From assembly GCA_051313645.2 (NCBI GenBank), contig JBNRSN020000011.1:45880001-45944000 (forward strand): a DNA stretch of 64,000 nt, read 5' to 3'. Positions within the stretch are counted from its first letter, which is position 1. Every line of letters starts with the position of its first letter. The translations under genes and the position numbers were made by a program. The stretch is from Centroscyllium fabricii (taxonomy: Eukaryota). Of the stretch, positions 25,301 through 36,197 are shown piece after piece. The notes beneath the pieces are model-generated. The model saw only the letters and a program-made list of their open reading frames with translations. It ran no database searches and was not told where the DNA came from.

Positions 25301-26465
25301 TGTGTGGTGGCCTGGAATAGACGGGCAGATTGAGGAGCTGACCAAGTACTGCCAAGGTTGTCAGCTGGTACAGAATTCACCACCGGTGGTTCCGGTACAT
25401 CCGTGGGAGTGGCCGTCGGCACCATGGAAAAGGATTCATGTGGATTTTGCTGGCCCGTTTCAGGAATCCATGTTTCTGGTGGTAGTTGACGCGCACTCCA
25501 AATGGCCGGAAGTGATTAAAATGTCTTCGACTACGGTGCAGAAAACAATCGTGGTTTTGAGGACAATTTTCGCCAGGTATGGTCTTCCGGAACAATTGTG
25601 TTCGGACAATGGTCCCCAGTTTGTGTCCGAGGAGTTCAAGAGATTTTTGAAAGGAAATGGCATCAAGCACTACACTTCGGCCCCTTACCACCCTGCCACA
25701 AATGGATTGGCAGAGCGATTTGTGCAGTCATTCAAAAAGTCCTTGAAAGCTTCGCGGTTAGAGAACTTGCCCCTGCAGCATAGATTGGACAATTTTCTGT
25801 TTAGTTACAGGAATGCTACGCATACAGTAACGGGTCAGTCCCCAGCAATGGTCTTTTTTAACAGACGACTGGGCTCCAGGCTTGACTTATTGAGACCAGA
25901 CCTGAAGCGTGAGGTGGATAAAAGGGTTTTTCAACATTTGTCCCCAAAGACTGTGCGCAGTTTTAATGTGGGTGATCAGGTTCTTGCTCGGGACTACCGT
26001 GACCAGAAATGGCGATCTGGAGTCGTCGCGGCAAAGCAAGGACCATTGATGTATGCGATTGACACCAACGAAGGAGTAATTCGCCGCCACGTGGACCAGC
26101 TGGTGGGCTCCCCGCAGCTTCAGGAACCATTAGCTAGTCCTCCGGAACATGTGAGCCGTGAGGAGATGTCGTACTCTCGTGATCAGTCGTTAGCAACGCC
26201 AGTGCATCCGCCCACGACATTTTTACCGGTGTCAAGTCCTGCAAAGGAACAAGTCTTGGAACTGCCTACGGAGATGGTCGAGCCGTTAACTCCGGATTTC
26301 CTGGTACCTGAGTCCCCAACGGTAGTACCTCGGCCCTCGCCGCCTAGTGAGGTCAGGCGTTCATCTAGAATTGCTGCTCAACAATCGCAGCCTGTACCTG
26401 CACCTGAACTACGTCGCTCTGACCGGGTGACTCGGCAACCGCACAGGTTGATTGAGGAAATGTGA
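22365..26465 (+). CDS. gag-pol: Gag-Pol polyprotein (gag, two CCHC zinc knuckles, protease, RT, RNase H, integrase)
   Basis: Uninterrupted ORF, first ATG at 22365. Motifs: CFRCGKTSHHHQNC and CRNCGKMGHMAKVC; LDTGS; YLDD; LACDAS; integrase HIGH...CQGC, HVDFAG, SDNGPQF, NGLAER. Confidence 0.95.
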   Translation: MSKRGNMSVFDGELEDWDTYVERFNVYCVVNEVTEEKKAANLLNVMGTKTYGLLKNLLYPKKPTEASFQQISDKLKEHLNPAPLFLPERFAFYRRDQRPGESVAQFLSELRKLTVFCRFEEFLNQAIRDRFVCGLQSEELQQKLLAESELGLEKAIKMAISFEAAQKGAAVIQKKDMELDTHRMLTRVRCFRCGKTSHHHQNCWFKDKSCRNCGKMGHMAKVCKATDSEKKTAKKASAFKSETKRVYEFNKEISSENEESGGEEKLKCLHIQSVQGSGDRDAIWVTLSISGISLKLELDTGSALTVINEKDYHEYFSRKPLLKTGLTLKTYTGQKIKPKGKIEVSVKYKGTTFKELYIYVLTEGGRPLLGREWARRLQFDWSGIHLISRTEEKPSKQLKDRVAKVLEKVPEVFLPGLGKLEGLTASVSIQEGASPKFFKPRPVPFAIRAAVEAELDNLEQQGVLSKVEWSNWATPIVPVVKKMIADSPGAHQKVRICGDFKVTVNPVLRIVQYPLPKIEDIFASLAGGQRFSKIDLAQAYLQMEVDVDSRQFLTINTHRGLYRYNRLIFGIASAPAIWQRAMEQVLQGIPGTQCYLDDILITGRTETDHLDNLERVLQRLKQYGLRANKDKCEFFQEKLSYCGHIIDRTGLHKSPEKVEAVVNAPAPETVLKLRSYLGLINYYHKFLPNLSTILHPLNNLLRTGVPWKWSPECVKAFAESKRLITSEKILAHFDPTIPIKLACDASPYGIGAVLSHQFPGGAERPIAFASRSLTSAEKNYAQIDREALSLVWGVKKFHHYLYGQKFTLITDHQPLVAIFNPNKAVPMMTAQRLQRWSLFLGAHQYDIQYRGTKQHANADSLSRLPLPVKGKDTVLDAADLFHTSIVEALPVTNRDIERETRNDPVLSLVYDATVKGWPARNDPRLAQYFARREQLSTCLGTLMCGSRVVIPVKLQKVILKELHIGHLGCTKMKSLARASVWWPGIDGQIEELTKYCQGCQLVQNSPPVVPVHPWEWPSAPWKRIHVDFAGPFQESMFLVVVDAHSKWPEVIKMSSTTVQKTIVVLRTIFARYGLPEQLCSDNGPQFVSEEFKRFLKGNGIKHYTSAPYHPATNGLAERFVQSFKKSLKASRLENLPLQHRLDNFLFSYRNATHTVTGQSPAMVFFNRRLGSRLDLLRPDLKREVDKRVFQHLSPKTVRSFNVGDQVLARDYRDQKWRSGVVAAKQGPLMYAIDTNEGVIRRHVDQLVGSPQLQEPLASPPEHVSREEMSYSRDQSLATPVHPPTTFLPVSSPAKEQVLELPTEMVEPLTPDFLVPESPTVVPRPSPPSEVRRSSRIAAQQSQPVPAPELRRSDRVTRQPHRLIEEM

Positions 26466-26619
26466 CGTGGTTTATTTTGGGGTGCATGCTACATAATGTA
26501 CATTAAGAATTGATATATATGTATATATGTTCTCTATTAACGATAGTTATATTGTTGTTGTAACCTCCCCCTTAGCTTTCATACCTTGTATAACGCTAAG
26601 GGATTTAAAGGGGGAGGAT

Positions 26620-26827
26620 TGTGGTGTATGGCCCCTTTAAGGGAATCCAACACCTATTTGGAATACCAGTAACTCCTGTGTTCTCTGCAGTGTTCTAGAA
26701 TGTTAGTTCGGTTGGCAGTTGCCTTTTGAGCCAGGTCTTAATTCTCTCCCATAGATTAAACACCTACTTTGTTGATTACCTCCTGACTCCGACTAAGTTA
26801 TTAAGTCTGGACACCCCAGACTTAACA
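26620..26827 (+). repeat. 3' LTR of Gypsy-A
   Basis: Same sequence as the 5' LTR, preceded by the PPT. Confidence 0.95.
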
Positions 26828-27749
26828 GAGGGAAACTTGCAGGTGATGGTGTTCCTATGCAACCGCTGCCCTTGTCCTTCTAGGTGGGTGAGGTTGCGGG
26901 TTTGGGAGGTGCTGCCGAAGAAGCCTTGGTGAGTATCCTGTCGATAATGCAGGTGCCAGCCTAGTGCAATAAGAGGTGAATTTTACAGTTGGTGCTGAGG
27001 CACAAAGAGTATAGTTACTCCGCATCTAAATATGCTGTACCTGACCTGGATTGCCTGGTGCTGACACTGGGTACATGAAATGGAACACCTTCAATTTCCC
27101 TCCCCACCCCCCCCACCACTAAACCTCTCACCTGGAAATTGGTGTGCATACTGAGATCTCAATTTCCTAGCCCCTCTATCTGTCTTTCCCCATCTTTTAA
27201 ATGGCTGAGCTAAAAAGTATCAAACCACAGATACAGAAGGAGAGCCTGTTGTACCTGAGGGAGAGGTTTGAAGCACAGTGCAAGCTACTTATAATGGACT
27301 GACATGCCTCTGTTATATCCAACAACTGCGCAACTCTTCTTGGTACAGATGTTTTGTTGGTTTATGGGTCATTTCTTGGTTCTTGCAGTGCAGGGTCATG
27401 CTATATAATTATGCATCAATTAAGATAACTGGCAAAAGAACCAGAGCTGAGCCGAGAATTTTTTTTATGCAGCGAGTTATGATCTGGAATGCACTGCCTG
27501 AAAGGGCAGTGGAAGCAGATTCAATAGTAACTTTGCTTACAAAAATGGATCGAAACCCTAGATCTACTGCAGTTGTTAGTGTTTGGGCTCTTTGAATGTA
27601 GTTTGATTTTTCAATGTGTACGTCTCGTGTTTCTAAACCATGGAAAGGGAACTGTGACTTTGTTGTGGATAAATTTACTTCCATAAAGATGCCCTGACAA
27701 CTCTACCAGCCTAGTGAGAAATTACAATATTGGAAATCGGACACAATCC

Positions 27750-29215
27750 CATTTGTTTCTTGCCAATTTCAGTGGGATGAGAACGGAGCTGGCCTGGGTA
27801 AATTGGAATCAAAGATTGGCAGGCAAAACTGTAATGGAACAATGGGCTGCCTTTAAAGAGGAGATGGTTGGGGTACAGTCGAGGTACTTTCCCCCGAACG
27901 GGAAAGTTAGGGCAACCAAAGCCAGAGCTCCCTGGATGACGAAAGAGTTTGAGAGTAAGGTGAAGCAGAAAAAAAGCATGTATGACTGATGTCAGGTTGC
28001 GAATACAAGTGAGAATCAGGCTGAATATAGGCTTCAGAGGGGAAGTGAAAAAGAAAATAAGAGGGGCAAAGAGAGAGTATGAAAATAGATTGGCAGCTAA
28101 CATAAAAGGGAATTCAAAAGTCTTCTTTTGGCACATAAACAGTGAACGGGTTAAGAGGAGGGGTGGGGCTGATTAGGGATCAAAAAGAGTCCTATGCATG
28201 AAGGCAGAGGGTTTATGGCTGAGGTACTAAATGAGTAGTTTGCATCTGTCTTCACCAAGGAAAAAGATGCTGCCAAAGCCATAGTGAAAGAGGAGGTAGT
28301 TGAGATACTAGATGGGATAAAAATTGATAGAGGAGGTACTGGAAAGGCTGGCTGTACTTAAAGTTAATCAGGACCGATGGGCTGCATCCCAGGATGCTGA
28401 GGAAAGTTGAGGTGGAAATCGCAGAGGTACTGGTCATAATCTTCCAAACCTCCTTAGATATGGGGTTGGCGCCAGAGCACAGGAGAATTGTTCAAAATAG
28501 GGTATAAAGATAAACCCAGCAAATATGTGCACAAAATGTTGAAGGTGGTAGGGCAGATTGAGAAAGCAGTTAAAAAAGCATACGGAATTCTGGGCTTCAT
28601 AAATAGAGGCGTCGAGTACAAAAGCAAGATGTTATGATGAACCTTTTATAAAACATTGATTTAGCCTCAACTGGAGTATTGTCCAATTCTGGCCAACGCA
28701 CTTTAGGAAGGATGTGAAGGCCTTGAGAGGGTGCAGAAAAGATTTACGAGAATGGTTCCAGGGATGAGGTACTTCAGTTATGTGGATAAACTAGAGAAGC
28801 TGGAGTTCTCCTTGGAGCAGGAAGGTTGAGAGGAGATTTGATAGAGGTGTTCAAAATCATGAGGTGTCTAGACAGTAGATAGAGAGAAAGTGTTCCCATT
28901 GGTGGAAGGGTTGAGAACCAGAGGACACCGATTTAAGGCAATTGACAGAAGTACCAAAGGTGACATGAGGAAAAACTTTTTTATGCAGCGAGTGGTTATG
29001 ATCTGGAATGCACTGCCTGAAAGGGTGGTGGAGGCAGACTCAATTGTGGCTTTCAAAAGAGCATTGGCTAAGTATCTGAATGATAAAAAAAAAAGTGCAG
29101 GGCTACGGGGAACGGGCGGGGCAGTGGGACAAGCTGAAGTGTTCATGCAGAGAACCGGCATGGGCTTGACGGGCCAAATGGCCACTTTCCGTGCTTTAAC
29201 CAATCTATGGATCCC
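27750..29215 (+). mobile_element. Degenerate CR1 ORF2 fragment with an internal deletion
   Basis: KREYENRLAANIKGNSKVFF... and MFPLVEGLRTRGHRFK...RKNFFMQRVVMIWNALP. The RT core is missing around 28520. Confidence 0.8.
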
Positions 29216-30743
29216 CTAACAATAGGCATCAAGATCTTTTGAGAGAGGACAGTGTTGCCAAAGTTGCATGTCGTGCATTTTGTCTGGTTAGTTGGGGATT
29301 AGATGGCTAACTGATTACGTCTATGGAAGGGATACCACTGTATGATGGAGCCCGATAGAAAAGGTTTACATTGTTGTCATCCCCTGTATTGATTTATTGT
29401 CCTAACAAAGGCATGAGCTCTGAAGAGGTCGTCGCTTTTGCTGCTTCTTCGCACCGACGGAATCTTTATTGCGCAACGCAGAGGACATCACCAGTGCAAA
29501 CATCGGAGTACTTTGTTTCAATATGCAGTGATTTATCACATAAGAACATAAGAAATAGGAGCAGGAGTAGCCATTCGGCCCTTTGAGCCTGCTCTGCCAT
29601 TCAATAAGATCATGGCTAATAACCTGCCTCAACTCCATTCATCGGCCCTATTGCCATATCCCTTGATGCCCTTACTAGTCAGAAATCTATTGACTTCTGT
29701 TTTGAATACACCCAATGACTGAGCCTCCACAGCCTTCTGGGTAGAGAACTCCAAAGATTCACCACCCTCTGTGTGAAGACATTTCTTCTCATCTCAGTCC
29801 TGAATTTCCTACCCTTTATCCTGAGGCTGTGGCCCCTGGATCTAGACTCCCCAGCCAAGGGAAACATTCTCCCAGCATCCACCCTATCAAGCCCTGTAAT
29901 AATTGTGTATGCTTCAATGAGAACCCCTCTCATTCATCTGAATTCAAGAGAATACAGGCCTAGTTTACACAATCTCTTCTCATATGACAGTCCCGCCATC
30001 CCAGGAATCAATCTCATGAACCTTTGTTGCACTCCCTCCATGGCAAATATGTCATTCCCTAGGTAAGGAGACCAAAATTGTACACAGTACTCCAGGTGTG
30101 GTCTCACCAAGGCCCTAATATAATTGGAGTAAGACATCTTTACTGCAGTACTCAAATCCTCTTGTAATGAAGGCCAGCATACCATTTGCCTTCCTAATGG
30201 CTTGCTGCACCTGCACATTCACTTTCAGTGACTCCTGTGCAAGGACACACAGGTCCCTTTTGAGCATCTGCACTCCCCAATTTTAAATCATTTAGGAAAT
30301 ACTCTACCTTTCTGTTTTTTCTACCAAAGTGGATAACTTCACATTTATCCACATTATAATCCATCTGCCATGTTCTCGCCCAGTCACTGAGTCTGTCAAG
30401 ATCCCCTTGAAGCCTCTTCACATCCTCTTCACAACTGACACTGCCACCTAGCTTTGTATCATCAGCAAATTTGGAAATGTTACATTTAGTCCCCTCATCC
30501 AAATCATTGATATAGATTGTGAATAGCTGGGGCCCAAACACCGAAACTTGCGGTTCCCCACTAGTCACAGCCTGCCATCCTGAAAAAGATCTGTTTATCC
30601 CTACCCTTTTGTTTTCTATCCGTTAACCAATTCTCAATCCGGAATTTTTTTCACCAACTTCTTGTGTGGGAGCTATTGAAGGCCTTCTGAAAATCTAAAT
30701 ACACCACATCTACTGGTTCCCCTTTGTCTACTCGACTAGTTAC

Positions 30744-33700
30744 CGTTATATCGTGGGCTGAGGAGAAAATTCACACAGAGCCTCATAGGACGTTGACTTG
30801 TTTAATCAGTAGCAGCCATTACACAACACTAATATGCTGGGGTTACCCAGCATGCTTTGGGGATGGAACATTCCAAGTGCCACAGCCCTTAAGGGGAGTG
30901 CAGACTATACCAATATATAACATCTCCTCCCCCCTTACAATCAACGTCCATAATTAACAATAACATTTACAATTAACAAAAGTAACATACCAATTAACAA
31001 AACATTATTATACGTATATACATTATTGCCCACACCTGGGGTGAGGGTACCCGACTTCCTCAGACCCCGGCAATTCCCATGGGGATTATTCTGCCCCAGT
31101 TGTTTTCGGTATGCCTCTACTAGTAACTCAGTCGTTCAGGGGGCCGCCGCTGTCTAGCAGGATATTGGCGGTCAGTCGGAACATTGTCTTTGCTTGTTGG
31201 CGATGGTGAATCGGAGCAAACTGGAGAGGCGACAGGAGGAAGAACGTCTTCCTCGGCGGGCAGGTCCGGAACCACAGGGTCAGGCTGAGGCAACACTGGG
31301 GGCACGCTCTGTGAGGACTGGCCAACGGGTGGAGCATCACATTGAATCTCTGGGCGAATCTCGTACGGTAGCCCTGAGGGCTGAACCGTGTGTAGCAGTT
31401 GGTCCACATGCCGTCTCCAGACAGTACCAGTAGTCGTCTGGACTGTATATGAAACTGGTCCCGTCTGAGCAATAATAGTGGCCGGAATCCAGTTGGGCCC
31501 ACTGACGTAACTTCGTACCAACACTGATGCCCCTGGTGCGAAAGCTCTGGGCTTTGCATGCTGGTCTCTTCTAATAATTTGGGACTCCTGTTGCTGTTGC
31601 ACAGTATACCTCACTGATGGTGGCTTCAGGAGGTCAAAATGAGACCGCAGCTCTCTTTTGAGTAATAGGCTAGCTGGTGATACTTTGGTCGTAGCATGGG
31701 CCGTATTACGGTAGGTCAGTAAGAACCTATGCAATCTTTGATGCAAGGTTCCTTGGCCTTGGGATGCTCTCAGGGCGTGCTTCATCGTTTGCACAAACCT
31801 TTCAGCGAGGCCATTGGTTGCAGGATGATATGGGGCGGACCTAATATGCTGCACTCCATTTACTTGCAAGAAGGCAGCCATCTCCTGCGATACAAACTGT
31901 GGGCCAGTCAGATACAAGCTGGACGGGAGCTCCAAACCGACTGAACATTTCCCCCAACTTCTCAATGGTCCTTTCTGATGTGGTGGAACGCATGATTGTC
32001 ACTTCAGGCCATTTGCTGTGTGCATCAACAGCGACAAGAAACATCCTTTCTTCAAACGGTGCTGCAAAATCAACATGGACCCTGTGCCATGGTACTTCAG
32101 AGAAACTCCATGGGTGTAGAGGAGCCAACTGTGGACGATTTCTAACCTTCTGGCATGAAGAGCATGTCTTCGCAATGCCCTCGATCTGACCATCCATGCC
32201 TGGCCACCAGAAATAGCTTCTTGCTATTTCCTTCATTCGTACAATTCCGCTGTGCCCTGAGTGGAGTTGTTGCAATACTGGTTTGCGTAATGATGGTGGA
32301 ATGACCACCCTCCTTCCCCATAGCAAACATCCCGACTGTACTGACAATTCCATTTTCCTTGACAGGTAGGGCTGTAAGTTGCTGTCCCCGTTACCAACGG
32401 TGCCCTTTACAATGATCTCCACAACAGCGTAGCACCTCGTACTTGAGAAGCTGAGACAGGAGCATTGTCCACCTGGCTAAAATAAAAGACTTCTGCCTTA
32501 TGGAATTCTGGTTTAGTGACAGGAAGTGGCAATCTAGATAAACCATCGGCGTTGCAGTGTGAATCTGCCTTACGATATTTTATGTCATAAGAATGAGCGG
32601 ACAATAATAAAGCCCAACGTTGCAGACGACTTGCAGCAAGAGACGGTATCCCAGTGTGTGGACCCAGGATGGTTGTGAGAGGCCGATGGTCTGTAAGAAG
32701 TGTGAACCTCCGCCCATATAAATACTGGTGGAATTTACGAACCCCAAAGACGATACTTAAAGCTTGTCGCTCCAGTTGAGCATAGTTGGCCTCTGCTTTA
32801 TTCAGTGTTCTTGACGCAAAAGCGATGGGTTTTTCATCCCCATTTGACAGGACATGCAAAAGAACTGCACCTACCCCATATGGAGATGCATCACAGGCCA
32901 GTTGAAGAGGAAGGGAAGGGTCAAAATGAGTTAAGACATCTGAACGAACTAGCAGCTCTTTAGCCTTTTTAAAAGCTTCTTGACATGCAGTACTCCATTT
33001 CCATGTTCTGTCTTGGCACAGCAATTCATGGAGTAGCTTCAACAACGATGCTAGATTTGGCATAAAACGACCATAATAATTAAGTAGACCTAGAAAAGAA
33101 CGCAATTGACTGACATTCTGCGGTGGTGGCGCATCCACAATGGCTGCGGTTTTAGATGGGGCAGTATGCAACCCCTCAGCATCAATGACGTGCCCCAAGT
33201 ACTCTACCGATGCTTTGAAAAATTCACACTTGTCTTTACGAACTCTGAGTCCATACTGTTTAAGACGATTTAGCATCGCATCCAAATTTCGAAGGTGTTG
33301 CTCATCAGTGACTTCAGTACAAAGAATATCATCCAGGTAACACTGGACCCTGGACAGTCCACTAAGAATTTGATCCATGGCACGCTGGAACAGCGCTGGA
33401 GCTGAGGTAATACCGAAAGGCAACCGATGATAACGAAAAAGACCTTTGTGCGTGGTAATGGTGAGCAATTCACGCGAGTCTTTGTGGACATGCATTTGTA
33501 AATAGGCTTGACATAGGTCTATTTTACTGAACTTTTGTCCCCCACTGAGTCCAGCAAACAAATCATCGATGTGGGGAAGCGGGTACTGTTCCGCACATAA
33601 CACTGGGTTAAGTGTTACCTTGAAATCCCCACAGGTTCGGATGCCTCCATCTTTTTTTGGTACTGGAACTATCGGCGTAGCCCAATCACTAACAGTGACC

Positions 33701-35726
33701 GGTTCCAACACTCCATTTTCCACGAGAGCATCTAGATCAGCTTCTACTTTCGGTTTGATAGCGTATGGTACCGACCTGGCCTTCATGAACACCGGCCTGC
33801 TATCTGGCTTAACATGTAATTTAACTGTTATGCCCTTCATGCTTCCCAGCTCATCTTGAAAAATTTTGCTGTGTTTCTCCAAAATCGTCTGCAGCTCTGG
33901 AGTGTTTTGATACCATGTGTATTGCCTGCCAGTCCAGCTTTATCTTTTTCAGCCACGTGCGCCCCATAATGGCAGGGTAGTTGCCTTGCGTCACGTATAG
34001 TGGAAGTTTTGCGGTTCTGCCGCCAAACCGAACTATGGCATCAGTCATCCCCTTCATGGGTACCGATTGCCCCGTAAATATTTTGAAAACCGTATCAGAG
34101 GGTCGCAGCTTTAGGTGCCTCAAGGATTTGTAAAAGACCTTGGTCGAAATAATTGAGGCCCGTGACCCGGTATCAATCTGCATTCTAACTGCGTGTCCCT
34201 CTAGCTTGGGTGAGACCCAGTATCCATCCGAACCCTCATCTATGTTCCGTATTCTAAGGGTGTTTACCAGCAGTTCCTCCCCTGAGGAGTCACTTGATTT
34301 GTTCTCTTGCTCCATTGCATGAACGTATTTCTTCGTCCTAGCCCCGTACTTCGATGGGGTGCCCGTGCTTTTCTTACTGCGACATGCCCGTTCTATGCGG
34401 CCCTTTTTCCCGCAGCTGCGGCATTCCAAATCCCTGCACCAACAAGAAGGTGCCAGGTGTCCCTTTTGTCCACAACGTAAGCACTGACCTTGCCTGCTCG
34501 GTCCTTGGCCACTTAGCTTATTACCGTCAACCTTATATACACGACTTGTCGTCGCCTGCAGCTGCTGAGCTTCCTTCGAAGCCATTTCCATGCTCACCGC
34601 AATATTTAGTGCTTGCTCCCATGTTAAATCCTTCTCTGTTAATAATTTCTTCTGAGCGGCCTCGTTGTTTAAGCCGCATACGAGCCGGTCTCTCAGTGTA
34701 TCATTCAGCGATTGCCCAAAATTGCAATGCTCTGCGAGCTTCCGCAACGCTGCTGCAAACTTTGTAACAGCCTCGCCGTCTTCTTGGCTGCGTCTATGAA
34801 AGCGAAACCGTTCCGCGATGACCAAGGGTTTGGGTGCAAAATGGTTGGCCAGTGTCTCTACGATTATTTCATATGTTTGGGTCCCCGGTTTGTCTGGCTG
34901 CAGTAAATCACGCAGTAGGTTATATGTTCTCGGGCCCATCACGCTCAAAAATGTGGCGGAAATTCTTTCTTCCTTGATATCATTTGCTTTGACGAAACAG
35001 TCAAATCGCTCCGTATACCCAGACCACTGCTCGGTTTCTTCATCATAGGGCCCAATCGTTCCGTAGACTGCAGCCATTGTTCACCCCTCTTTTTTTTGTA
35101 AAATTTTTCCGTTTAACAACGCGAGTGAGGAATGCACAGTCTTACATTCAGTCTTTGCTGAACACAAGATGGCGTCTCCGTGTCCTTTGTCGTTTTCCTC
35201 ACGTTCTTTTCGCGGCCCTTTTAAAAAAAAATATTTAACTGCTTCTTACCTCCTTTTTGAGGTACCTGGTGGTCGACTCCGTTGTCCGTTTCCTGGCACC
35301 GCCACGCCCGCTGTTTGGAGTGCTCCCAGCTCCTCTAACCTCCAGCGGTGGCAGGCCTCCTCCTCTGTTTGCTGTCCTCCAGCCCCGTTCAGCCTCCTGT
35401 GTGCGCCCGTCGACCGCAGTTCCCGGTCCTGGTTCCGCTTTTTTTTAAAAAATTTTAATGTAATTTTTTTTAATTTTTTTATTTTAAACTCGTCGATTAG
35501 TCTGTTTGACTCATCAATAGTGGATCCTATCCACCTCGTAGCCAATTTGTTATATCGTGGGCTGAGGAGAAAATTCACACAGAGCCTCATAGGATGTTGA
35601 CTTGTTTAATCAGTAGCAGCCATTACACAACACTAACATGCTGGGGTTACCCAGCATGCTTTGGGGATGGAACATTCCAAGTGCCACAGCCCTTAAGGGG
35701 AGTGCAGACTATACCAATATGTAACA
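30744..35726 (-). mobile_element. Full-length, frameshifted Mag-like Gypsy LTR retrotransposon (Gypsy-B)
   Basis: 179-bp LTRs 30744-30922 and 35548-35726 with 4 differences by eye. Perfect TSD GTTAC. Minus-strand PBS TGGCTACGAGGTGG and PPT adjacent to 30923. Confidence 0.95.
31120..35077 (-). pseudogene. gag-pol: gag-pol of Gypsy-B, broken by three frameshifts
   Basis: Overlapping ORFs: 33851-35077 (gag, CCHC, IDTGS), 32407-33882 (YLDD, LACDAS), 31841-32422 and 31120-31965 (integrase). Confidence 0.9.
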
Positions 35727-36062
35727 GTTACATCCTCAAAGAACTCCAATAGGTTTGTCAAACAGGATTTCCCTTTCAAAAATCCATGTTGACTCTGCCC
35801 AATCTTACTATTAGTTTCCAAGTGCCCAGTTATTGCATCCTTTATAATAGATTCCATCATTTTCCCAACTACTGATGTGAGACTAACCGGTCTGTAGTTC
35901 CCTGTTTTCTCTCTCCCTCTTCTTAAATAGCGGGGTTGCATTTCCTATCCTCCAATCTTCAGGAACCATTCCAGAATCTATAGAATTTTGGAAGATGACA
36001 ACCAATGCGTCCACTATCCCAATGGCCACTTCTTTCAAAACCCTGGTGTAATGTATGCAACA

Positions 36063-36197
36063 GAGCCAATGGCAGGTGCTGTTCTAGTGGAGCCAATGGC
36101 AGGCGCTGTTCTAATGGAGCCAATGGTAGGTGCTGTTCCAGTGGAGCCAATGGCAGGTGCTGTTCCAATGGAGCCAATGGCAGGCTCTGTTCTATAT
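36063..36197 (+). repeat. 27-bp tandem repeat x5 containing CCAAT boxes, in the Gypsy-C 5' LTR
   Basis: Unit GAGCCAATGGCAGGYGCTGTTCYARTG. The 3' LTR has only 2 units. Confidence 0.9.

Larger units (their letters stand above)
21826..26827 (+). mobile_element. Intact Ty3/Gypsy LTR retrotransposon, Mag-like lineage (Gypsy-A)
   Basis: 208-bp LTRs 21826-22033 and 26620-26827 (TG...CA), identical as read. PBS TGGCGACG at 22035, PPT AAAGGGGGAGGA at 26607-26618, single gag-pol ORF. Flanks GGGGG/GAGGG are a 5-bp TSD with one mismatch. Confidence 0.97.
21645..26935 (-). mobile_element. Old non-LTR retroelement fragment (RTE-X-like) hosting the intact Gypsy; actual pieces 21645-21825 and 26828-26935
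   Basis: TGTGACTTGG|GAGGGAAACTTGCAGGTG reads contiguously across the Gypsy. The family assignment is from recall. Confidence 0.5.

Noticed and set aside
33851-33882. Programmed ribosomal frameshift in Gypsy-B
   Set aside because: It falls after the protease rather than at the gag/pol border. The related Gypsy-A has a single ORF, and two further frameshifts show decay.
36063-36197. 27-bp repeats as a CRISPR array, or ORFs 35959-36206 as repeat proteins
   Set aside because: The units are head-to-tail with no unique spacers and lie inside an LTR in vertebrate DNA. The ORFs are by-products of the 27-bp period.
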